Origin: Dicyema japonicum
Lineage: Eukaryota; Animalia; Dicyemida
NCBI GenBank assembly: GCA_011109175.1
Contig: RDEW01000052.1
Location: forward strand, 93,001 to 126,000
Length of the DNA stretch: 33,000 nt
Direction: 5' to 3'
Shown here piece by piece: positions 11,590-21,689 of the stretch. Within the stretch, counting starts at the first letter, position 1. Every line of letters starts with the position of its first letter. A model generated the notes under the pieces. That model saw only the letters and a program-made list of their open reading frames with translations, did no database searches and was not told the DNA's origin. Made by a program: the position numbers and the translations under genes.

Positions 11590-11830
11590 CTAACCATGTG
11601 CCCCCAACCGAGTTTGTAGTAGACCTTCCAATGAGGAATCCACTCTGATGGGGGGTAGATATTGATTCTATTGGGGACAACGATTAACATGGTTTTTCAA
11701 AAGGTAATAAGAAGAGTTATTGGACATCTGTACTTCAATGTTGGCATTCCGTCGGGGCCAGGAGTTTTCCAAGTATTAAACTTGAAGTTATGGGATTTTC
11801 TGGGTTGACTGGACTAGCTTATCTGAATAT
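11590..11830 (-). mobile_element. Non-LTR RT N-terminal remnant (I/Jockey-like)
   Basis: KTPGPDGMP, YR.PITLL, PHQSGFLIGRSTT. Confidence 0.55.
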
Positions 11831-12039
11831 GGGAGTCGGTTGCGACATTTAGTGATCCCTTGAAATGTATCGGATTGTTTCGTCACCCACCAGGTATTAC
11901 AATACGAATCTATTGTGTTGTAATCTCCTTAAAGAAACCCACAGCCCGCTCCATACAAAGGAGATAACAACTATTCAGTGATCCGTGGGGCCACGTGACC
12001 GCTTTAGATCTTGAATCATCTAGTAATCTCTTTTGGTAT

Positions 12040-12340
12040 TATATGAAGACTACGTAGTCCACCTGGTTGTATTTATTGGTTGTTGCAAAATTCGACCAAT
12101 ATTCACCATGAAGGTTTTTTCTGCTTCTCCCATGTGACCCAATACAAGTTCTCATCATGTGCTTTCCCAGCACTTGTGTTTCAGTCCCCAGCAATGAGTA
12201 AGAAACGAAACAAGAATAGTTCTGCACGTGAGAGGTCCTCGTAAAACACCTCTAGCTCATCCGTATTTCTTGCAACTCTCCCAACGGTGGAAGCATAAAT
12301 GTTTGATGATATTTGTAGGTATTCTTGCTCTATCATGGAA
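12040..12340 (-). mobile_element. RTE-type AP endonuclease remnant
   Basis: IYASTVG....DELEVFYEDLS, CIGSHGRSRKNLHGEYWSNF, NQVDYV. Confidence 0.55.
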
Positions 12341-13039
12341 CTCCAGTCACCACTATCCATCACACATTGTTGTTTGATCTTTGTTCCTAGCAGCAGATAG
12401 ATGCATTCATTTTCTTTGGTCCCGGGATAGTTGAAGTAGTAGCTTAACATTCACAGAAGGAGCTAAGAGTAAATGGAATGGACCAGTTGTGAGACGGTTA
12501 AATCAATTAAAATGGCTATTATTTTTTCGGAGTACCTTAGGGGAACGATTCCTATGATTTGAACCCACTTGCAAAAACTTTTATGGGGTACCCACTTGCA
12601 CAAATGTTGGCACATTGTATTTGGCACAATCGCCAGGACTTTAGGTCCTCCAAAGGCCAGATAATAAGACTTCTGTTTTGGAAATTCTTTGATGAGTAAA
12701 ATGTCTTTCAACATTATCATAAGAAGTGACTTTTAATGATAATTGTATACAAGATCACAGTCATGAGAACAATGAGGGACAGGACACGTGGTTAAAAATT
12801 AAAAACTATTTTTTTTAATCTTTAAAAAATAATATTTCTTTTAGTGAGAAAGTATATATTTTAACTATTTCTTGATAAATAAATTTAATTATTAAAAAAT
12901 TAAAAATAATTACCGTAATTAAAATTTAAATATTTCTCCCTACTTTTCTCATTAATAAGGAAGAAATTACATTATTTTACCTGACATTTGCTGCGTCCTA
13001 CTTAATGGCCGTTGGTCTCCTACAAGCGACTAAGGCTGG

Positions 13040-13260
13040 GGTTACTTAACTAACCTGCCCAAAATCAAACAGAAACGATCATATTCTTACAATAATGCAG
13101 CATCTTACCAAAAGAAAAGTTATGCAACCATGGATATGCAATGCCTCAAGATTAGAGGCATACTGTCAATCATGGTATTGTCACAGGAGAGAATGCCGAT
13201 ATAGTTTATCATTGAGAGTCGGTATTAGAGGGACTAAACAAAGTTTCTTTAAAGCAACCC
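13040..13260 (+). mobile_element. Probable Merlin/IS1595-like transposase remnant
   Basis: SNRNDHILTIMQHL (cf. PNR...TL..II..HILP) and RHTVNHG..TGEN...ES, spread over different frames. Confidence 0.4.
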
Positions 13261-13664
13261 CCAATCGAAATATGGAGACTCTCACAACTACCATTTTAAA
13301 AATGTGGATGCAGTATCCTCATCGGACTGTTGGAGAGGATAATCTGCAAATTTCTTTAAAAAGTGGGATATTATCATCTCCGAGTCAATCACACTTGGGT
13401 TTCGGACAACGGGTCACATACAGCATATTGAGCCGTCTAAAACTAGTAATTAATACATTAGAACAGTGTTTCTCAACGAAAGGCGAATTTTGAATTAAAG
13501 ATTTTTTTAATTATGATATATTTATAATTAAATTTATTTAAAATAATATATATGTGTGGTACACTAATAATCTCGAGATCATTAGCTCTTGTTGGACACG
13601 TCCTGAGGTTGGACCCGACATGAGAGGAACAACACAAAAACATGTAAAAAAGTTATTTAGGGGA

Positions 13665-14147
13665 ATGTTTGAAAAAAATAAAATTAAGGTTTTCGAATAT
13701 CGATAGCTATTGTCGGAGGAAACAGAATGGCCATTCAGGCTCCCCTTTTATTTATTATCCCCAGGTTTACTCTTTGGTAAGTCCAGTGCCGACTATTTCA
13801 GAGTTCCGCTTCCGAGGAGAAGTAGGTTCGCCCTCGGGAGAATCACTGGAGGTCAGGACACTTGTATCTTGCTTCATTTGTAATAATCTAAGATCACTTT
13901 AAAAACACGGAACTAGCTAAGTGATCACAACACATTCCAACCGTGCTCTCAGCTTGACACGGTGATCCTCTCTCAAGCCCACACAAGCAACACGGGAGAT
14001 TCTATTCTTAAACAAAGGAATCTTTCCACGCACACTAAAGAGGTTAATATAACGTTTCTGTACCCTTACCTCCAAGATAGTGCGGTTGATGTAGGCAACC
14101 AGTCTGTCAAGGGAGGAGAAGTCACCCAGATGAATCCTTCTAAATAG
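13665..14147 (+). CDS. Candidate small gene with short introns, function unknown
   Basis: ATG 13665. Introns 13689-13706 (18 nt), 13777-13801 (25 nt, GTAAGT...TTTCAG) and 13864-13892 (29 nt) join into one frame. The frame has a single TAG at about 13916 unless a 53-nt intron is used. Confidence 0.35.
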
Positions 14148-14799
14148 GTTTTCAGTAATTAAACGGTAGTTGGCACGTTTATAGTTGAAGTGGCAAAAAA
14201 TGGGGGATAAATAGTTCTGCTTTCCGATGGGTCATTCATGATCTTCATATAACCCGTTTCAGATAGCAGCAGTCCCCTTTTTGTGGCGAAGAGTTAACTC
14301 AATGGGCAAAGTTGGTGCTTCGCAATCATATCCCTACAGATGAGTAGGTTGTTCAAGGTAGACAGAGCAGATAGGCCGGGAATAAAATGGCTATTCCTCC
14401 ACACGAGCTGAGTGGAGGACGTACATGTTAATAAGGAAATTTTTTCCTTTGTAGTTGCAAATGAAATCGCAATAATCTGTAGCATTGTGATCCCCCAAAA
14501 GGTATTTCACTTCCGATGAGATTTCCATGCTTTTATGCTACTTCCGTCATTAGTTAGTCCCCCACCGCTCAGTTTCTTCGTTCAGTCGGGTTATTTGTGG
14601 TCGGCATATTTTATTTGTTTAACCACACAACGTTAAGATAATATCTATCTCCAAGGATCCATGTGGCACACGTGGTTATTTTCTATTATTTAAAATTTTT
14701 AAATATTAATAAAAAGATTTATATAAAATTTGGCGAATTTAAATTTATTCGTGACAAGGTTATCGTTTGATTACTTGTTGTTAAATTAATTATTCTAAA

Positions 14800-14990
14800 G
14801 ACCAATGGTAAAACCAAACTAACTAATCCCACGATCCTGATGGGTTCCAGTAAAACCCTCACCCAAGCACAGTGATCCAGAGGACACTGTCCGGGAAGCG
14901 AGGTCGATGCCAGAACTCATCGACAGCAGCGAAATAGTCTCCCGGAAATGTTAAAGCATCCACCCAAGAATGATACGGACAAACCAGATG
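14800..14990 (-). repeat. Dispersed repeat copy C (probable 3' end of a non-LTR element)
   Basis: Aligns by eye with 21355-21490 (aaactaactaat...gatcctga...cagtgatcc.gaggac...gaggtcgat.ccagaactc.tcg). Confidence 0.6.
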
Positions 14991-15854
14991 GCCGTTCTAT
15001 TTGGAATCTCTATTATTCCCGCACTCAGACATCCTGACAATCCACAGAGACAGCACGTTTAATATTTTAGTTACTAAATATATTTTATTAATACATTTAA
15101 TTAAAAAATCTGCTTATCACCGTTTAATATCAGCAATCTACCTATCATCGCCGCCTGTTTTTAATTCACAGGAAAATGACTCCAGAAAATTTTCACTTGG
15201 TTCGTCCAAGGGATTTGTTTTTTGCTAGGAAATTTAACTTTCATAAAACGTGAGATAAATAAGCAAGCATTTTTCCAGCGAGGAACCTTAAATTCCTCAC
15301 GTGGTAAAGAAAAGATGCACGAATCGCTCTGAAGACAGTTCTTTTTCAGGCCCATCGCGGTTTAAATCTCGGGGGATGGTCGCTCTCTTGCATGATATTT
15401 GATTGTCAGGAAAAAGACAGCGATGACTGATAGAACAGACCCCCATACAAATTGTTAGAGGAATGAGAGCATCCACCATTAATTTTGCTACTAACTTTTA
15501 AGTAAACAAGCAAATCTGTAAAAGCAATTATTATAAATTTGATTCATCGATCTCCGATGGTTTACTGACGTATATTGACGTCTTCCTGAATAATTGAAGG
15601 CTAATATATTCATAATCGATTAAAATCCATAGTAAACCTCTTCCACGCGGCAGCTGTTGTCCCTTAATTAATAATTACAATCGAATATAACAGTTTTTTC
15701 TCAACAAGTCTATTTTCAAGCGACTGTTACTAAGTCGGGGACATAATCTTATAAATAAACAACGACTGCCCAATCCATTGTTAGCAAACGATTTTCATGC
15801 GAGTCGATCGCGATTGTCCAAATAAATAGGATTATCGCCGTTTTCTTCATTTTT

Positions 15855-18800
15855 ATGTTAATTACCGTAGTTTTGATTTTGGCTGGCATTTTTGTCAACT
15901 CTGAAAATACAAATGGTGAGTGTCTTATATGCTATTTTAAATTTCAAATCTCATGTTTTGGGCCACGTGGCAGTTACATCTTAATTGGAGAGAAATAAAT
16001 TTGCCTTTGACAGCATCCTTTGTCTAGCAAACATTATTTGTAAGAATGGGCCATTCCAGATGGGCGGCGAGATCTATTAGTGCAGGCTTGTAATTACAAG
16101 CAATAATTGCTTTCCAATTTATTTTCATATTTCAATTATTTACTGTATTGTAGTCACTCTGTTGGATTCCCTTAGTTCTTTCCGGACTCTGAGCACTTCT
16201 CAACAAGGCCAAGTTTGTTTGAAATTGCCGACTTTAGTGGTACTCAATGAAGATTGGAGGCCAAACGATATTCTTTACTTGTTCTATTGGGGATGAGGAG
16301 GATAGGAGTTCATGGTTCATTAGCCCATTGATCAGATCCCCCAGTTACAAGATTTTCGTGGACATTGAAATCACTTTGAAGGGGTTCTTTTATCGCTCAG
16401 ATATCTCCGTTGAAAAAATATTGCTTTTTTTGGTGGACGAAACCAAGAGAAATGTCAACGGAGTTTATTTTTTGTTTATTTTTCAGTACAAATTATTCCG
16501 GGGGAACAAAATAGCCGGAAGGAACGTGATCTTTTCTTACGTCTTTGACTCCTTCTCCCCAACCGTGAGTCTTGTCGTGGTTAACAAACTCGGCTGTGTG
16601 GGGGTGAACAGAATAAAGATCTACTACAAACGCTGTAAAAAATTTATCAACTCCTTCACTCATTTTCCTTCAGCTTTATCGGCGAATTCTGAAGTTCCCT
16701 ACCATTTTACTCGTAGATCAAAGGACATTGCTCCCCCGGGTTCGTCCCCCTGAAGGATCAACCCTCTTATACTTGTGATTTGGATGCTATGCCCCGGCAA
16801 ATTAAGGGATCATGTGTATGCCCAGCTGGCTCCACATTAGAAAATGCCCTAGGAATTTGTAAAAGTAAATATTTCCCGCTTTGTCAATATTTCCGTGATT
16901 TTACATTCCAGAATGTCCCCCACATTCGTACAAAGACTGGAAGGGTAACGAAAACTGCAGAGGATGCCCGAAAAATTCCGAGAGTGTGAACTTTACGAAA
17001 TGTCTCTGCAGAAAGGGATTTGTCAAGAAATTTCTGGGGGATGGAACGTTTTACTGTTTAAGTGATTATAATTTTTACTCCCAAGATAACACCCTGGGTC
17101 TCCAGATGTTCAATACTACCGTATTTCACGGCAACTCCGGCCTTGTCTACATTACAGTCGACGGGGAGCAATCAGAGTCATTGACCTTGAAGGATTACAA
17201 ACTCTTCTGTTCGATAACTTCTCCGAAAACTCAAATGCCGTGTTCCTTAGCTCACAAATTGTGCGAAACTCGGAAAATCATAAAGTTTACATTTTTCCGA
17301 TTTTAGGGTTTTGCTTACAAACGTGGACCCCGGAGTTACCTACAACTTGGTTCTGGTGGCTGTACTTGAGGATTCCGTGAAACAGGTGATTACCGCCAAC
17401 AAATTAACCCTCAATCTTCAGATTGGAAACTGTTCCGTGTTTTATTTATTTTAGGGATTCTTGTGGTCATTAAGCACGTGTCTGTCAATTCGATCGGAGA
17501 CTTGCACATTGAAGTCCCAGAAATGCCAAAATCCTACAAAATGTTGCGAGTTCTACTTTGCCCCGAGGGACTGGTCTGTCAGGAAAGGGATGACCTGAAA
17601 GTCTCTAAGAGATCTATCAGGGTCCCCGTTCTGGAAGTCGGCGTGTATACCTTAAAGATTTACGCCTTTTCTGGAACTGCCCAAACTCGGGGAGAAACTA
17701 GTTTGTGGTTTTACTAACACAAGCCTTTTTCACCGAGAAAGCCTCAAAGACAGTCGTCGTCGGCTTTGTCGTCTTCACAGTCCTATTTTTCATTTTTTTA
17801 TTTTTGGCTCGCAGGTGCTTTCGGTGAGTGACTTTAGGAAAATATTCAAGAGTCGTAATGTTAAAAACTCAGAGACTTGGTACCACTGTCCTGACATCTT
17901 CTTCACCCGTGAAAGTCTTAGATGACCTTCATTTTAGATTTTTTGAAGAAACGGGGGAGTTCGAGCAGTTGTATGACTTGGTCGTGCGATTCCGGGACCA
18001 TGGGAGACTCAGCAAAAGTGCTGGACCTTTCAATACTGAATCAACATTTTTTGAATTATAAAAATCTCGTTTTGGACAAATGTCTGTTTGAAGGTCGGAT
18101 CTTTGATTATTATAGGGGAGCTGAACAAAGTCTATAACGGGAGATACAAGCACAGTAAATGGACACAGAATGTGGCTGTGAAGGCGGTAAAATCAGAAGT
18201 CGACTTTGTAAACGAGGCTTATATTCTGAGTCTTTTGAATCACAAAAATGTGACTAAATTCGTCGGGGTGATTCCTTCGGGGACGTAAATTTGATCTTAT
18301 CCGACTTCATGTGCAACGAATCCTTGGATAACTACCTCAGGGTTAAACGTTGCCATATTTCTAGGTATTTTCAGCCAACTTGACGCGGGAGCAAATGTTA
18401 GGATTCCTGGGGGATGTGGCTGATGGGATGAGTCACCTCTTCCAGTTGAGGATCATTCACAGAGTTCTCTTAATGGTTGTGACCTTGCAGGATTTAGCAG
18501 CACGGAACGTTCTTTTGGACGGCAATGGAACCTGTAAGATCACTGATTTCGGATTGGCACGGAAAATCAACAATTCCGCTGATTTTGTAGTAATCAAGGT
18601 TCTATTTGGGGGGTCATCTAAGGACGACAAGATACCCGTAAAATGGACTGCGCCGGAATGTTTCGTTGACTTTCGATTCAGTTTTTACTCCGATGTTTGG
18701 TCATTTGGAGTGTTCGCTTGGGAAGTCATGTCTTTGGGGGACAAACCATATTTTGACTGGTCAAATACTCGAGTGATCCGACTAGTGAACCAGGGGTACC

Positions 18801-19255
18801 GACTGCCTCCCCTGTGGTTGGTTTTGTCTTTAAACTTAAAGAACTGTCCCAAACGAGTTTATAAATTAATCGAACAGTGTTGGAGTCATTTCCCTGAAGC
18901 AAGACCCCCCGTTTCTACAATCTTGTCGGATATTAACGGCATGGACTCTGAAGAGATTGAGAAGGAAGTCTATAACCAGTAAACGCTGCTGTTGATCGCT
19001 AGATTTGTGGTACCCAGTGTTTCGGATAAGGATTGTTTGACTGAGAAGATTGAGTACTTTCTGGAGACCCTGGGCTTGGAAGAGCTAAAAGAAATTTTCT
19101 ATGGACAGAACATTTACACAATGGACAAGGTTAAGGATTCATCTAATGATTAGTTGACTTATTTAACCGAGGATGATCTGATTTTGTTAGGGATTGATAG
19201 GATAAATTGTACAAAGTTGATGGAAGCAGTTTCCACTTGGAAAAGTTTATTCTGA
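15855..19255 (+). CDS. Eph: Ephrin receptor tyrosine kinase (signal peptide, ligand-binding domain, Cys-rich region, 2x FN3, TM, kinase, SAM), about 913 aa
   Basis: VTLLDS, SWFISPLIR, VDIEITLK, GCVGVNRIKIYYKRC, C-rich CVCPAG..CPPHSYK..C..CP, FN3 VLLTNVDPGVTYNL and YTLKIYA, TM VVVGFVVFTVLFFIFLFL, VAVK, HR|DLAARN, DFG, KIPVKWTAPE, SDVWSFGV, SAM LTEDDLILLGI. Introns: 15916-16153, 16213-37, 16463-86, 16694-716, 16865-911, 17062-85, 17285-306, 17432-54, 17701-23, 17815-37, 17915-37, 18094-115, 18342-64, 18464-90, 18599-622, 18821-41, 18979-19002, 19130-53. One G is missing in the run at 18279-82; restoring it closes the frame exactly (2742 nt). Confidence 0.93.
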
Positions 19256-19359
19256 TTTTAAAATTTTAATATATAAATTTTATTTTAATTTTTTATAACT
19301 TAATTTCCATAAATTAGTAAGTTTGAATATGTATGTTTATGTTATAATATTTTTTTGGT

Positions 19360-20478
19360 GTGGTGGTTACGTGCCTCGTTTCTTGATTGGATCGCAATTG
19401 AGAAAAATGTCTAAAAGGCAATGGATACAAAGGGATGCATCTCGTTAAAGGTCCTTACGTTCAATGCTAGAGGCTTATCTACGACCTGGTCGAGGAAGAT
19501 TCTCTGTGACGACCTGGAGAGATACGACGTATCTATTGGGTGTCTACAAGAGACGAAAGTAACTTATGTCAGCCGAGCGACTCAAAACATTATAGATTTG
19601 GATTTGCCATCCACTCAAAGTTGACAAGTGCAGTCCACCGTATATGGAGTGTGAATGACAGGATCTTTGTTATACAAATCCGGCTAAACGACTTACCTCC
19701 TTCGAAGAGCTTTCTGACAATTGTAAATGTTTATGCGCCACACTGGCGGGAGAGTAGCGAAAATGGCCTACGATAATATCGAGGAGTGCTTATACATAAG
19801 AAATTGCAGCGAAAGATGAGTCGTCATCACTAATACTCATTGCTGGGGATTTGAATGCAAAAATCGGGTTGAAGAATAACCCGGATGACGTTTTCTTGGG
19901 AGAACATGGACGGGGAATAAGAAACCTACCCGGGACAATACTTGGTCACTTTTGTATGGCAAACAACCTTTTCCTATGCAACACTGCATTTGCGCATCCT
20001 GCCACAAAACTACGTGGATGGGGAAGCGAAGGAACTCAGAGGGAAAACTGGTCCCAATATACAACCAAATAGATTATGTCATATGCCGGGCTATAGACAA
20101 ACACCTTCTAGTAAACGCACGTTCATATGAAGGCTCGACGACTGTCAGCGACCACAAGATGGTTATTGCGACCTTCGGACACGTGCTGAGGATAGAATTA
20201 ACATACCCACCTAACATATCTATGGAAACATACTATGTTAGCCAAGAAGGCCGCTATCGTGGAAGACCAAGAACAACACTGCCAATAGTCTTACAAAAAT
20301 ACCTGGTCAATATCAAAAAAATCTAATAAATGCCGATGACCTGGACAACATCAGAGCCTTGGCTAGGAATAGGGGAGCATGGAAAAGGATGACATCTGAC
20401 CTTGTTTCTTTTGCTGCACATGCGGGGCTATAATTAGTATGGCTCCCGTGAAGTGCTTAAATAAATAATGTTATAATA
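19360..20478 (+). mobile_element. RTE-clade LINE with the RT domain deleted (APE joined to C-terminus and 3' tail)
   Basis: LTFNARGL, IGCLQETK, IVNVYAP, AGDLNAKIG, NQIDYVI, SDHKMV is followed directly by FGHVLR...RGRPRTTLPIVL. The 3' end is ggctcccgtgaagtgcttaaataaataat. Confidence 0.88.
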
Positions 20479-20489
20479 TCTTGACTGCG

Positions 20490-20745
20490 TGGTGTCATGT
20501 GGCTCCATGTTGCTACCTAATTGAAGATTTTCTTCCCTCTGGCGGAGTCATTGGATTCACCTTACTATGGAGACGTCTAATCCCTGGCCGGCATTCAAAA
20601 GGATCCACCTATTCATTCAACCGTGAGAAAATATCCCTCCCTGGCGACGAGTCCTGGAAATAACTACAGCTCCCAGGACAACGCTCTCTGTTGCAGTGTT
20701 CATAGGTTAGGGTCCTCCTGGAACGCGTCCACTGCTTTTATATTA
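20490..20745 (+). repeat. Dispersed repeat copy A
   Basis: Matches the reverse complement of 21355-21610 (ttccctctgg.gg.gtcattggattcaccttact...ctccctggcgacgagt.ctggaa). Confidence 0.75.
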
Positions 20746-20799
20746 TATACAAGAACACTTATGGTCCACTGAAGTGCGTCATTTTGTCTAGACTTTTAG

Positions 20800-21260
20800 C
20801 GTTTTTTGCTGATTCAAGGTAATATTTTTGGCACTTCAAATGATTAGGAAATTGATCGCACCACTGACAACATGGTTATCCCCCTCGACTGGAAGGAAAT
20901 ACACTCGAATAGTTAACAACCTTTTGTGGAGATCCCTTGAGTGGGTTGAGATAAAACTCATTTTGACAGTAGTGTCCTTGCTAAAAGTAATCCATGGATT
21001 CCTAGACTTCGCATTCATCGGTCGAAGGTTTCTTTTTATTACTCTCCCCCTTATCTTCTTTCACTATTATAGAGGTCTCCAGTCATTTGTAGACCCAATT
21101 TGTCGAGTATGCAACTCCTCTGATATGACAACGCAAAGGCCTTCTTGCTATCTAGAAGCTAGAAAGGTTCATCGTCCAGGTACCGAATGGTGGTTTGTCG
21201 CATCTTCCTTCACGATTGATAAACTAAACTCAATCAGACGATCTATACCCTCAGCGTCTA
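20800..21260 (-). mobile_element. Degraded RTE-like AP endonuclease remnant
   Basis: FGTW near the start and ...LLTIRVYFLP (cf. IISVYAP), with many stops. Confidence 0.35.
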
Positions 21261-21349
21261 GGAGAATCAAATATAGTTGAGAACTTTCTTAGGACTATCG
21301 AGTTTCCCCCAGGTTAAATAATAGTGGCATCATATGATTCACCTTATTA

Positions 21350-21612
21350 TTCCAAAGTAAAACAAAACTAACTAATTGTTTGATCCTGACGTGTACCAGC
21401 AGAACAGTGATCCTGAGGACGTTGTCAAGGAAGGTGAGGTCGATTCCAGAACTCGTCGCCAGGGAGCGAAATTGTCTCCAAGTGGAATGAATAGATTGAT
21501 CCCATTGAATGACGGCCAGGCGTTGAGCGTCTCTTGAGTAAGGTGAATCCAATGACGCCACCAGAGGGAAGGAAGAGAAATCTTCAATCATGTAGCCACA
21601 TTGCACCACTAG
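21350..21612 (-). repeat. Dispersed repeat copy B (inverted relative to copy A)
   Basis: Reverse-complement match to 20490-20745 and direct match to 14800-14990. The conserved frame SSGIDL.F.D.VL.ITVL shows synonymous differences between B and C. Confidence 0.75.
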
Positions 21613-21689
21613 TCTTGCCTTTTTAAATTAATTAAATTTTAAATGGTATAATTCGTTTTATTTATTATTTATTTAAAACCAAGAATCAC

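Noticed and set aside
12463-12720. ORF with a repeated CKWV motif
   Set aside because: It arises from a short direct repeat (cccacttgca twice), and no coherent gene model or family emerged.
16384-16400. 17-nt intron-like gttcttttatcgctcag in Eph
   Set aside because: Removing it shifts the frame, while the unspliced frame continues through the ligand-binding domain.
16912-16930. Apparent frameshift in the Eph Cys-rich region
   Set aside because: It is resolved by the phase-1 47-nt intron 16865-16911, which gives KCPPHSYK.
18817-18840. Non-canonical GT-AA intron that would give an exact-length LPPLWNCP
   Set aside because: A canonical 21-nt GT-AG intron (18821-18841) keeps the frame, so there is no need to invoke a non-canonical site without reads.
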